This document shows, piece after piece, positions 29,121 through 63,903 of a stretch of DNA of 64,000 nucleotides. This stretch comes from Chrysomallon squamiferum. Its lineage: Eukaryota > Animalia > Mollusca. The notes below the pieces were generated by a model. It was not told where the DNA came from. It worked only from the letters and a program-made list of their open reading frames with translations, and ran no database searches. Location of the stretch: the NCBI GenBank assembly GCA_012295275.1, contig CM022676.1, positions 15,004,001 through 15,068,000 of the forward strand. Direction: 5' to 3'. The translations under genes and the position numbers were made by a program. The first letter of the stretch is position 1. Each line of letters begins with the position of its first letter.

Positions 29121-32100
29121 TAAAATAAAATAAATCGTAACATACCTTGTATTAAAATTCCTCTTTTTTTCTTTCTCGTATTTCTTCTCCCTGAAGTTTA
29201 TTTCATCTCTATGAAAGTTTCAGATTCGCCAGTGTATATCACTGACATTTCTACAGTAATAAACAAAACTCTCACTAAACACAGCGTCTCTGTGTTATTT
29301 CTTCTGTTCATCCAGTCTGACAGATTCTGAAACGACCGAAAGAACTTTTCACTCATGAATGTAAATAAAAATATTTACCTTTTTTTTTTTCGTCGTTTTT
29401 GCTGCCAGTACAATTTTTATCTCCAGTTATCTCCCTCAGTTTTAAGTGACAAGGGAGACAAATGCGCTTATCTCTCCAACTGTCTGATGATAGAGGTTTT
29501 GCGTCACGTGATCAAACGTGGCTTTAGACAAATATGATTTTCAAGACGGTGTCAATAGACGAGAGCTGACGGGCTGTTTACTGCGATTAAAGAGATTAGT
29601 GCAGTAATAAACAAACATTTTCAAAAACACAGAAAAAAATTACTTGCTTTTCTTTTCTTATTTTCTTATCTATGTATATTTTCGATGACCAAATTCTCAT
29701 CTCTCTTTAGTCGTTCATATATCTATTTATTTATTTCCTTATTTATTTATTTATTTACTTATGTACTTATTTATTTATTTATTTACTGGACTTGTTTTAT
29801 TTATTCGGTTGTTTACTTAATTAATTACTATTTTATTTGCTTGTTCTATGTGCATTTATTAAGAACATAATTTTAACCAGAGATAAAACAAGGCGAATAA
29901 AATAGTTTACTAAAAAATAGCGTGTTGTGTAGGTCCATGTAGAGACATGACCGAATTTCTCGTTTTTATAATTTAATTATTTATTTATTTAATCATTGTT
30001 TAACTGTTTATATATTACCTTGTATTCTGCACCCTTAAATACGTTAATTAATTTTAATATTACTGTACTTCACTGATCTTTCCTGTCCGTTTCTTTATAT
30101 ATATTCACACACAAACATATTCACACACACACAAACACACACACACATGCATACATATAAAAGCTGCAGACATTAATACCGATATTAATTCTAATATTAC
30201 TACCATTATTACTATCTCTGTTACTTGTTCTTCTATTTCTACTAATATTACTTCAGCTACTACTATTGTTTAATACTAATAGTAAAGAAGTAAAATAACT
30301 AATGACAAAAAAAAAATTTTTTACACATGTACTTATTTAATTATTTATTTATATCGCAAAAACATGCATACCACCACAGTGTTAACTGAACTTCAACGAC
30401 TTCATCACTCAACCAGCAACAACGTTATCGACTTCTCACGACACAGTTATTGGACAACTACCGCAATATCATTGAACACCAGCGGCAACGTTGTTCACAT
30501 ACACCGACGAGGTTACTGGACACCTAAGACAACATCGTTGCGTACAACGATATACACTTAACGTCAGTTTGGTTAACCTACATCGACAACTTCACTGAAC
30601 TAGAACGACACCCATTCCTTAACGGCATCAACCACGTGGTCCGCGGTGTGTGTAAACGTGCACGTTCATTCCTCGTTGACTGACAGGTAAGTAAATGGAC
30701 AACAGCTACCTGTGAAGTAAACAGCGAGGAAAACTTTGAAGAATTCTCTCTGTTGTTTTTACACACCAACAACCTCAGCCCTCATCAATCCTCACCTTCT
30801 GTTTCAAGTTGACCAGCAACAAAACAAACAAAAATAAGAAAATTCTTTACTTATTTTATTCTTGTCTGAAAACCTATTCAATGGAATCTAAGCATTTTTT
30901 TTTTTTTTTTATCAAATGATCAAATAATCTTCTTTACTGAAAATTGAGGGTTCAAAAAGAAAACTAATAAGGAAAAAGAAATGAAATAAATTTTTTAACT
31001 AAGATAATTAAGACACACAAAAAAAAATCAACATGGAATAAATTATTTTGGAATGAACAAGTAAACAAACAAACAAACAAACAAACAATAATAAATAAAT
31101 AAATAAATAAATAAATAAATATAATCTAATGAAAGAAAGAAACAAAATGAAACGAAAGGCTTTGAAATATTTTGAAAATTGATGAAGTTATGGCAGTTTC
31201 AGACGCTGGTTTTTCAGTTGTTTTGTTATGTCAGTTGACCAAATACTGTGACCCAGAGTAAAACAAACAAACAAAAAAACACCAGAAAAACCATGAGAAA
31301 TATGCCTATATCTCCTTAGAAATTTATAAGAAAGAGGTGTAAACAATTTTTTATTTATTTGATGCCAAAGGAACCAACAAAACTGATAAACTGCTGAGAA
31401 TAGCATTCATGTAGTTTATAAATAAGTTAAACAAACGATATCGAACGATCAGAAGACATAATTTGATTACCATAACCAAGAAGATGTGTTTAACATCATT
31501 CGCAATGGACCAAACCATTTTCGCAACGTTAGATGTCCAGGAAATTTGGCAGAAATAAAGTTAACTAAATTATCTATCGAATGCACAGGCAGTTTTAAAA
31601 GTGTCCTTACATGCTAATCCTACTTGGATAACTTTGTAATCTATATTTTTTTACTTTTTTTTTGCAAGAATAGTCAAGACTCATATGTTTAATGAAACTC
31701 AAAATTTTGAAAGCTAGGATTCGTCGAAATGTGCACAGAACACCAGTGGTATAAATAGTTATAGACACACACACACAGAGACTCATAGATAGATTTGAAT
31801 GTATCTATGTATGTATGTTTGTACGTATGTATCATGTATAAATCTGTGTGTGTCTGTTTATCCCTATTTATACTACTGCTACTACTACTGCTACTACTAA
31901 TACTACTAATACTGCAACTACTACTACTACTATACTACTACTACTACTACTGCTACTACTACTACTATACTACTACTACTACCACTACTACCAACAACAA
32001 CAACAACAACATCAAGAACAATGCACTGGGGTCTTTGAAGATTAAATATTTAATAATAATTAAAATCTGATACCAGAAAAATATTAAATGATTAAACAGC

Positions 32101-32199
32101 AATAAAAGCAACACTGATGAAGAGGATGATGATGACCACGAACAAACAGATCATCTGACATGGATAGATTTTCTGATATAACCAACAGAACAAACAACG

Positions 32200-32490
32200 A
32201 CGTCGGATTCGCTGACAGCACCACGGAAGTCATGATGTTGATACGACAACGCGGTGTGTTTGTGAACATCACGGAAAGCAAAGAAGTGTGAACTGTCAGT
32301 AAGAGACAAGTGAAAAGATGCAGATCAAATCGTGGAAGTAAACAGCAGACAACGTCATCTTCCTAATGAATTCAACAATGAAACATGCAATGCACGTGTC
32401 TTTCTTCTCTACTTTTGATTACTGCTGATGTTGTAGGTTTTTCATTTTCCTGTTAATGTCGCCCACGTTACAGTCATTGTCGTTATCATT
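32200..32490. promoter_or_regulatory. Upstream non-coding block conserved between the CLCA paralogs (counterpart ~50520-50810)
   Basis: Near-identical ~290 bp while flanks diverge; contains AGATCAAA, GTAAACA, AACAATG, CACGTG. Confidence 0.45.
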
Positions 32491-32536
32491 TTATTATTAG
32501 TAGTAGTATTAGTATTAGTATTTTTTGTTGTTGTTG

Positions 32537-32626
<90 letters not shown>

Positions 32627-32627
32627 G

Positions 32628-32682
<55 letters not shown>

Positions 32683-33331
32683 TAGTAGTAGTAGTAGTAG
32701 TGTTGCTGTTGTTGTTACTGTTATTATTAATATTATTTTTCTTTCGTTTTTTTTTCTGAGGATGATAACAACTGAATGCACAATTATTTTCATAAAACTG
32801 ATAATTTTATCTACCCTTTGTCGTTGGCTTAGCAGTGAACGGTCAGTTAAATATCACGCTGTATCTGTGCGTGTATTTTAAAAATATTGATAACATGAGT
32901 GTGACGTCACAGAACTTGAGATTAAAAACAAATTCAGTGTACTTTGTACACTTTATCAATTTACAATAGATAGACTATAGTAAAAACAGTTAATAATAAT
33001 ACATATATGGGAATATCTTGTTGCAGTATATGACATTATGTATGTTTACACGAATTTATTTATTAATGTAATAGTACACGCAGTTTGTATTACCTGCATA
33101 TGTGTACAGATAAAGCTATGCATCATATATGTACCCACCAATATGTATAAACGCAGACCTGATAGATACACCCACCGCTCAAACATTGAAATAAAAATGT
33201 TATCAAATTCCCGAAGCAAGTCTATCACTTGTTCAAAAAAGCTTTTTAATGATTAAGACTTGATGTATGCACCCGTATTACAAATCTACTGTGAAAAGAC
33301 TTAGATCTGTGTGATACAGATATACTCCGAC

Positions 33332-45292
<11,961 letters not shown>

Positions 45293-45758
45293 AAACAAAA
45301 ATAAATAAATAAACGTGAAATATTGTAAAAGATTACAAATTAATAACTATTCCTATATATTGAAATATTATTAAGCATAAGTCTTTATTCCTCAGATTCA
45401 CCGATTAATAAATATTGCTTATTATTATGTGATATTAACTGATTTATAAACATGAGCTATTACTTATTACCTTTTATATTAATTGATTAATAAACGTTTT
45501 CTTTATTAATCTTAGATACTGATGAATTATCGAACTTTTCATATCAATTAGAGAGACTGACAGAACATTATTAAATACTCGCACGACTAAACGATTAATT
45601 AGTATTTGTGAATATTTGAAGAGATTAACGGACTAATGAATAAAATGAGACTGTGATAACGTTTTAATGTTTTATCAGTAAACTTTTAAACAAGATTGTG
45701 TAGATACAAAGAGTTTTTCTTGTCTAACACTCAGTTTGACAGAATTTTTAGTAAACTG

Positions 45759-46775
45759 TCACGTAAACCCAGCAAACATTTGAAAATTAGAGTTTATCAG
45801 ATCAGTTAGCACTTTGTTTTCACAGTTTGCCCACATCGGGGGTCCAACCGCCGACCAGCTGGTCCTTCCAGAATTTCTACAGTTAGTATTCCACCTCTTC
45901 TGTTTTGTTCCTCTTTTACGAATAACAGACTTGTCCGAGTGCAGTGTAGAAACAGGCGGTTCTACATTTATCCTTGAAGTATCAGAAGAGACGGAAGTGC
46001 TAGAAGTATATTCATCAAATCCGCTAGAAAAAGATGACAAACTAGAATGTCGTCTTACGTTTTGTAGTTTAGTTCTGTCTGTTGTATCTGCAGTACTGGT
46101 GCGCAGTGAAATGCGGTTAGATTTACACACAAAGAATGTATCAGATTTTAATACAGCAGGGGTAGATAACTCTGATAGATTGTTACTGTTAAATTCCTTG
46201 TCGAAGGTGTTTACGTTGTTACGCAGAGGAAATATAAATGACTTTTGGGATTCTTTTGCATCTTGTCTAAAAGACTTTCTCAGTGATCGTCTCTTACACA
46301 AGGTGGCGCTGTTGAATTGAGTTTCTCTAGAGCTATAGCTTCCGCTTTCTTTCGAAGTTCCAGACACGAGAAATTTTGACAACTCCCCGGCTCCACTGAG
46401 ATCAAACTTGTACCACGGTTCATCGTAATCGTCATCACTAAGACACGGAGTTCTCTCCCTTATCAATATTGTAGCAATGTTCTGTCGTCCATCTTGGTTT
46501 TCTTGTAATTGTTCTCGTTGTTTTATATTTGTACATTTTTCTTCAAGTGGGTGTCTGTCCTTGATCATTTTGTTTTGCCTTTTCCCCACTTTTTTTTTGC
46601 CCAAATTCTCTTTATTTGCACTGGGTAGCAAATCTTCATCTGTGACGTCATCGATTACGTCATATATATGATAAGGATCTTCTTCCAGGATGCTGGGAAT
46701 TAGATCAGCACTCTTTAGAATTTCTTTCGATTTCGATTTTTTGTCGTTTTTTCGTTTCTTTATCCATCGCCACAT
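45759..46775 (-). CDS. Uncharacterised ~338-aa Ser/Lys/Arg-rich, probably disordered protein with tyrosine motifs (single or terminal coding exon)
   Basis: 1 kb of non-repetitive open frame in a region where such ORFs are otherwise absent. Acceptor ttttcttcttttcag|cag at ~46793 lies just upstream of the ATG at 46775. Candidate upstream donors on - at 47812, 47852 and 48018. Stop at 45759-45761. Confidence 0.72.
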   Translation of the reverse strand: MWRWIKKRKNDKKSKSKEILKSADLIPSILEEDPYHIYDVIDDVTDEDLLPSANKENLGKKKVGKRQNKMIKDRHPLEEKCTNIKQREQLQENQDGRQNIATILIRERTPCLSDDDYDEPWYKFDLSGAGELSKFLVSGTSKESGSYSSRETQFNSATLCKRRSLRKSFRQDAKESQKSFIFPLRNNVNTFDKEFNSNNLSELSTPAVLKSDTFFVCKSNRISLRTSTADTTDRTKLQNVRRHSSLSSFSSGFDEYTSSTSVSSDTSRINVEPPVSTLHSDKSVIRKRGTKQKRWNTNCRNSGRTSWSAVGPPMWANCENKVLTDLINSNFQMFAGFT

Positions 46776-47200
46776 TCTGTTTCGGTATTTCTGCTGAAAA
46801 GAAGAAAATGTAATGTATACCAAATCTGTATATGGTAATTAATGATACTAATAACAGGGACAACAACACCTAAAAAAATAAAAAATAAATAATACAAATA
46901 ACTAAATACTACTACTACTACTACTACTGCTACTACTACTATTACTATTACTACTACTACTAATAATAATAATAATAATAGTAATAATAATACTAAGATA
47001 AAATACTTTTCGAAACTGTATACGGAACATTTACTTATGCAAACCCAATAATGGAGCCAAGTAAAATATAAAATATACACAACATGTTACTTCCTAATTA
47101 AAGATGAAATAAATTGTCTTCTTCTGTTGCGTATTTTGATAAGTTCTCTTCTCCGAATCTTAATTCAAAATATCGGATTTTTTTGTCTGTCCTCGTTTTA

Positions 47201-47258
<58 letters not shown>

Positions 47259-47675
47259 TTCTCTTTCTGACTGAGTAAATATTGTTAGTTTTATATGAAT
47301 TGAGGATTGTTTTAGAAACAGTAGTGAAAAGCTAAGCATCACGTTTAAGCTTGTAGCAGTTAATTAGAAAACAATCAGTTGTTTGCATTCGTACTCAAAT
47401 GATTTCAATGTCTACTGCGTATTAAACTAGTAGTGAGTAGACTAAAGTCTGACATGTGTAAACTGAAAATACTTTTATCGACTAACACGATCATGTATCA
47501 TATGTTTTATGTTCTTGTCTTTTTTTTCTCTGTTGTAGGCTAAATGTAGTTATATATACGAAAATATTCAAACACTTCTCAGTGTCGCTCTTGGTTTCTT
47601 CGTCGTCTTCTTCTTCTTCTTCTTCTTCTTCTTCTTCTTCTTCTTCTTCTTCTTCTTCTTCTTCTTCTTCTTCTT

Positions 47676-47706
<31 letters not shown>

Positions 47707-49025
47707 TTATTATTATTATTATTAATATTATTCTTAATAATACAAGTTCTGTTGATGTATAATAAAAGTTGAAAAAGGATAGAGAGGGAGGCAGATTTAT
47801 ACAGTATCTTACCTTTCCATTAAGTAAGAAACACTAAATCATTTCCACATACCTCAAATCAGAACAATAAATGATGACAATTGTTGCAATATTTCACGTC
47901 AAGTCAAAGATAAATTCACCAAATTTTCTGTGTAATTCACTGTTAACCAAAACAACTCTCAGACTTATATTTAAACTTTTGTTTTAGAAATGAACAAATC
48001 AGAGGGAACTTTACTTACACCCAGCCAATCACTGCCTACAACAATATTACGTAATCTTCATATATTTACACATAAATATCGTCGTCGCCATTTGTTTTTT
48101 CTACGTTTACAAATGTCGGCGAACATGAAAGGTGATTTCGGTGAAGGTCAAAGACAACGAGTGAGATTAAACGATGTGACGTGGCTAGTTAATTGACACG
48201 TTTTTGTAAGAGTTTAGTTATTCTCACTTTGCTTTTTTAAAATTCTCACAACTTAGTAATTCTTGTAATGAGGGCAGCAGAAATAACCTAATTTTTGTCA
48301 CCTTTTTACTACTTGTTAACTTTTGATTCAGTAACTGTTTACTGAAATGAAGATGTAATACACAAAAAAAAAGAAAAAAAAAAAGTAATTATTGTAATGA
48401 AAAGAAGAAGAGGATTGTTCTTGTTTGAATGAGAACTCAACACGAAACAAATCATTCGAAAGGAAAGAAGAATATAATTTAATATGCGTCAGTGGAATTA
48501 AATTACTCATAATGTATCTGTATATCTTCTTAACCCTTGCTTCTTCTTTAGATATAACTGGGCGTGTGTGTGTGTGCGAGCGCGTGTGTGTCTCTGTGTG
48601 TGTGTGTTTAATAAGAAAAACAAATGTTACAGTCCACTATCGTGGTTATGGTGCAGACTTTCAAAGTGCAGCAATTAACCCACATCTTAAGTGTTTTAAA
48701 CATCATTGGATTATTTTGATCAAATATTTTGAAACAGCAACACTTATTATTTCTTTGATCTCATTGTTCAGTTAATTTCACTAAGAGTTGTAAAACACGC
48801 GTTCTATATATTACTAAAACCAGATCTCAGCAAAGCAAACATCACAATAATAACAATGACAATGAATTTATTGACATAAACTGTAGGATTACAATTAACA
48901 TTATTTGTTATTTTCTCTGAAAAATTAATGCGGTTTATTCCCTATGTATAAGAATTATTCGTTACACATTACTGGACAGAATAATTCTTATACATAGGAA
49001 TAAACCGAACTGTTAAAATTTGTTT

Positions 49026-49195
<170 letters not shown>

Positions 49196-49561
49196 ACTTT
49201 GTATCAGTACTATGTAACTAGATATAATGAATATTTCAGACGATTTCTTATTTTAGCAGACATTAAAATATAATACAAGCCGTCCCAACGATATGAAACC
49301 GTCAAATCTGTCGTAGAGGTTAAACCAAACAAAACATGTGTTAACAAATCATATTATTTTGTGTTTGTTGCTGGTGTTTTATTGTTTGTGTTGTAGTTTT
49401 CAGATTATTGTAGTGTTAATTATTTTTGTTACTGCTCTTGGTAATCTTATTATTACTTCAGCATCAAACAAAATACGTGTGTAAATACATATGTACGTAC
49501 CTATGTATGCATCTATACATCCGTCTCTATATCTATATTTATGACTATCTATCTATCTATC

Positions 49562-49601
<40 letters not shown>

Positions 49602-50289
49602 CAACAACAACAGCAATAACAACAACAAATAGAATTATACTTTAGAGGCTGAAGATTAAATATTTAATTACAAAAATCTGGTATCAGAAAAATATTAAAA
49701 TATTAAAATGACGTTTTAAATTTGACAGAGAAGCTGTTCAATGTTGTACGAAACTGATTAAGTTATTGTCGGAGATTTCAAGGCGGTTCTACACAGTTTT
49801 CTTTACTTACTTTCAAATAAAAATTCAAGAGATAAAAGAGAAATTCTTCGCAGCACCTTTTCTCAGTACAGAACTTTACACCTCATGCACACAGATAAAT
49901 AATACAAAGATGTTTGCATGTGAGAGCGTACATTCACAAGTGTGCATTATTTGAGTCTGCCCTTCACTTTCTTGCGCGCATGTTTGTGCATGTGAGTCTG
50001 TATGTATATGTGTATACATGTGTGTCTGTGTATGTGTGTTGGGTGTGTGTATCGCTATTTCTGTCTCTCTATCCAACTCCTATATTTCGTTCTTTCCCTG
50101 TCTGCTTTTTCTCTTTTTCTTCTCTTTCTGTTTCTCTTTCTTCTCTTTATCTTTCAGCCCTCCTATTTACCCTTCTGTCTATCTGTCTCTCTGTTTTTCT
50201 GTCTATCTATCTATTTCTTTGTCTACCTATCCGTCTGTTTGTATCTGTCTCTCCACAACAATAATAATATAAACAATAACAACAAGAGC

Positions 50290-50375
<86 letters not shown>

Positions 50376-51494
50376 AAATAATAATAAAATCAAAATAATA
50401 ATTACGATAGCTGAAACAATAATAAAGAAATGATGATGATGAAGATGACGACGAAAAACATTACAGTCGCAGATTACCGGCCATGGACGGACGGATTATC
50501 TGGTATAATGAAAAAAAATGACGTCGGACTTGCTGACAGCATCACTGACGTCACGATGTTGATACGACAACGCGGTGTGTTTGTGAAAATCACGGAAAGC
50601 AAAGAAGTGTGAACTGTCAGTAAGAGACAAGTGAAAAGATGCAGATCAAATCGTGGAAGTAAACAGCAGACAACGTCATATTCCTAATGAATTCAACAAT
50701 GAAACATACAATGCACGTGTCTTTCTTCTGTACTTTTGATTACTGCTGATGCTGAAGGTTTTTGTTGTTCTCAAAATGTCGCCGAAGTTGGAGTCATTGT
50801 CGTTATCGTTTTATTATTATTACTACTAGTAGTAGTAGTAGCAGTTGTAGTAGAAGTAGTAGTATTAGTTGTAGTAGTTGTAGTAGAAGTAGTAGAAGTA
50901 GTAGAAGTAGTAGTAGTAGCAGTAGTAGAAGTAGTAGCAGTAGTAATAGTAGTAATGGTAGTATTTGTATTGGGCAAAAGTAAACAATAGATTAAATTAG
51001 TTGTTGTTGACTGTTTTTCTTTCATTCATAAATTCATTCATTCACTCATCTACTCTTGCTTTGTTATAAAACATCACGATGTACGTGTGTGTACTTTAAA
51101 ACCACAGATCACATGAGTCTCACCTCACGTAACTTAAGATTAAAAACAAGTTCAGTGTACTTTGTACATTCTATCACTATATCGTACATAGACTGTAGGA
51201 AAAAGAGTTTGCATCAGACAACAATGTCAGCAACAGCCCCCACAAAAAAACAACAATTAAAAAAAAAAAAAAAAAAAAAAAACAGATAACTATGATAATA
51301 ATAAAATTTACACATTCACATCCATTCATAAATATACCGCAATCTGATTAAAAATGATAAAGTTATCAAATTACCGAAACTAGTCTACCACTTGAACTCA
51401 AAACCTTTATAAAGTCTAGGACTGGATGTATGCACCCGTATTACAAATCTACTGTGAAAAGACTTAGATCTGTGTGATACAGATATACTCCGAC

Positions 51495-60690
<9,196 letters not shown>

Positions 60691-60890
60691 NNNNNNNNNN
60701 NNNNNNNNNNNNNNNNNNNNNNNNNNNNNNNNNNNNNNNNNNNNNNNNNNNNNNNNNNNNNNNNNNNNNNNNNNNNNNNNNNNNNNNNNNNNNNNNNNNN
60801 NNNNNNNNNNNNNNNNNNNNNNNNNNNNNNNNNNNNNNNNNNNNNNNNNNNNNNNNNNNNNNNNNNNNNNNNNNNNNNNNNNNNNNNNNN
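60691..60890. other. Assembly gap (200 N)
   Basis: N run. Confidence 1.
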
Positions 60891-61689
60891 GGTTGGTATA
60901 CAAACAAAATACATTACAACTGAGAAAAGTAATGTTAGAATGACTCTTCGTGTTATTTGTGGGAAAACAGAAAACAACCACAACAACTAAAACTCAGTGA
61001 CGATGAACTAAGAAAAAAAAAAGAATCCAGATTTTTATTGTCATTGCATATTTATTGCTATTCCTAGCAAAAATTAACCGAGTTTCAATTTCTCCCTGAT
61101 ATTCAATCTCAGTCTTCAAACAGTGATACCGACACGTTGATTGGAAACTCGACATTACTTCTTTTATTGCTCGTAAAAATATCGCCAAAACCATTCAGAA
61201 AGATTGCCCATAAACCTTTTTCTATAATCCTTTATTTCCATCTGCATTTTGTTATTATCGGTATATATTAGCGTATGTGTGTGCACATTTTCAGATATTC
61301 TGTACATGTGTTTTTGTCCCGAACAAATGATTAGACGCCTCTTTTAAACGATTACTTAGTTTGTTATTTGCGTTGACGTGTCAAATATTTATTTTTATGT
61401 GAACAAATTTGTAATTATTCTCTTAAATACTGATGTTGTATATAAACAAAGAAGGAAACAAATAATAAATTAATGAACGAACGAATGAATATATGAATGA
61501 ATGAATGAATGCACGAACAAATAAATGTAAATGAATATACGGGAATTTATGAAAACATAGTCACAGACACATTGTTCGTGTAGTTCTATCGAGTACCGAC
61601 AGGTCTAAATTTTGTTCTTTTGTTGTTTTGTCATCATCATTCTCATCATCGTATTCGTGGTAATCATCATCATATCATCATCATGGTAT

Positions 61690-61721
<32 letters not shown>

Positions 61722-62715
61722 TGTTGTTGTAGTTCCTGTTGATTTTGCTATTATTATTGTTGTTCTTATTATTATAGCTGTTGTTGCCTTTGTTACTATG
61801 TTGACTATCAATGCTGCTTTTTCTATTATTACAACACAAATACAGCTGTTTTTGCTGTTTAGTTTACTATTACAACTACTACTACAGTTCTCACTAATTA
61901 TGTTTTTTAGTACTGTTACTAACTCTACAGTTGATAGTATACAAACATCTGCTACAACTGAGAAAAGTAATGTTAGAATGACTCTTCGTGTTATTTGTGA
62001 GAAAACAGAAAACAACCACAACAACTAAAACTCAGTGACGATGAACTAAGAAAAAAAAAAAAAAAGATTCCTGATTTGTATTGTCATTGCATATTTCCTG
62101 CTATTCCTAGCAAGAATTAACCGTGTTTCAATTTCTCACTGATATTCACTCTCAGTCTTCAAAGAGTGATACCAACCAGTTGATTGGAAACTCGAAATTA
62201 CTTCTTTTATTGGTCATAAAAATATCGCCAAAACCATTCATAACGATTGCCCATAAACTTTTCTGTATAACCCTTTATTTCCATCTGCATTTTGTTATTA
62301 TCGACATATATTAGCGTATGAGTGTGCACTTTTCCAGATCGTCTCTACATGTGTTTTTGTGTCGTACTAATGATTAGCCTCCTGTTTTAAACGATTACTT
62401 AGTTTGTTATTTGCGTTGACATGTCAAATATTTATTTTTATGTGAACAAATTTGTAATTATTCTCTTAAATAATGCTCTTGTATATCAACAAAGAAGGTA
62501 ACAAATAATAAATTAATGAACGAACGAATGAATGAATGAATGAATGAACAAATAAATGTAAATGAATATACGGGAATTGATGAAAACATAGTCACAGACA
62601 GATTGTTTGTGCAGTTATATCGAGTATCGACAGGTCTAAGATTTTGTTCTTCTTGTTTTGTCATCATCATTCTCATCATCGTCGTCGTGGTAATCATCAT
62701 CATCTTCATCTTCAT
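60891..62715. repeat. ~1.04-kb-period tandem duplication (60891-61680 vs 61931-62715)
   Basis: ACAACTGAGAAAAGTAATGTTAGAATG at 60916 and 61954; collinear similarity over ~780 bp. Confidence 0.92.
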
Positions 62716-63129
62716 CATTATTATTATTATTATTATTATTATTGTTATTATTGTTATTGTTGTTGTTGTTACTTATCAGTATTTTCGTTTTTAAGCTCTT
62801 TATTTATGTTTTAATTGATCATTACGTACCGCCGACATCCTCTGTACCTACCTACAGACAGGCAGATGCATAGACAGATAGACAGATTGACTGCCTGACA
62901 GATTTACTGACAAACAGACAAATGTAGAGAAATGATATTTATTCATTAATTTATTTACTTCTTTCCTTCTGTACTAATTTTTCTTAATTAATTAATTTAC
63001 TTATTTATTCATTTACCTATTTGCTTTTGTACTTAATTGTTTAAACATTATTTTGATTATTAGCAGTATCTTTTTTCTTTCATTCTCTTTTATTTATTTG
63101 TTTTATTTTATTTTATTTTATTTTGCAGA

Positions 63130-63312
63130 ATGTTCTTCCTTTTGGTGTGTTTTTATTTCGTAGCCTCTGTGGATCACACGCAGTGTTGTTTGTACAAGAA
63201 GAATAGTGAGATAATCCTGAAGGGTTGCAAACGAGACATCCGTACTGAAATGCAGAAATTTTTACCCATGTTTGAGAGTTCGTGTAAACGATATGACCTC
63301 TGCTGCCTTTGT
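63130..63312 (+). CDS. First coding exon of a secreted Cys-rich protein resembling conodipine/group IX secretory phospholipase A2 (His of the HD dyad replaced by Tyr); rest of gene beyond window
   Basis: Strong acceptor (ttttattttattttgcag) 1 nt before the ATG; signal-peptide-like MFFLLVCFYFVASVDHTQC; pattern C..GC..F..SCKRYDLCCLC resembles the C..NxCS..F..ACxRHDxCYxC motif; donor TGT|GTAAGT at 63313. Confidence 0.6.
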
Positions 63313-63903
63313 GTAAGTAAACGTCCTGATCTCAGTTATCTTTGTGTAAGTAAACGTCCTGATCTCAGTTATCTTTGTGTAAGTAAACGTCCTGATCTCA
63401 GTTATCTTTGTGTAAGTAAACGTCCTGATCTTTATCTTTGTGTAAGTAAACGTCCTGATCTCAGTTATCTTTGTGTAAGTAAACGTCCTGATCTCAGTTA
63501 TCTTTGTGTAAGTAAACGTCCTGATCTCAGTTATCTTTGTGTAAGTAAACGTCCTGATCTCAGTTATCTTTGTGTAAGTAAACGTCCTGATCTCAGTTAT
63601 CTTTGTGTAAGTAAACGTCCTGATCTCAGTTATCTTTGTGTAAGTAAACGTCCTGATCTCAGTTATCTTTGTGTAAGTAAACGTCCTGATCTCAGTTATC
63701 TTTGTGTAAGTAAACGTCCTGATCTCAGTTATCTTTGTGTAAGTAAACGTCCTGATCTCAGTTATCTTTGTGTAAGTAAACGTCCTGATCTCAGTTTTCT
63801 TTGTGTAAGTAAACGTCCTGATCTCAGTTATCTTTGTGTAAGTAAACGTCCTGATCTCAGTTATCTTTGTGTAAGTAAACGTCCTGATCTCAGTTATCTT
63901 TGT
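63307..63903 (+). repeat. 33-bp minisatellite, 18 units (CTTTGTGTAAGTAAACGTCCTGATCTCAGTTAT)
   Basis: Directly visible; one unit is 30 bp; stop-free in the exon frame, reading (LCVSKRPDLSY)n. Confidence 0.97.

Noticed and set aside
45814-46320. 168-aa plus-strand ORF
   Set aside because: Antisense shadow of the longer minus-strand ORF; non-ATG start.
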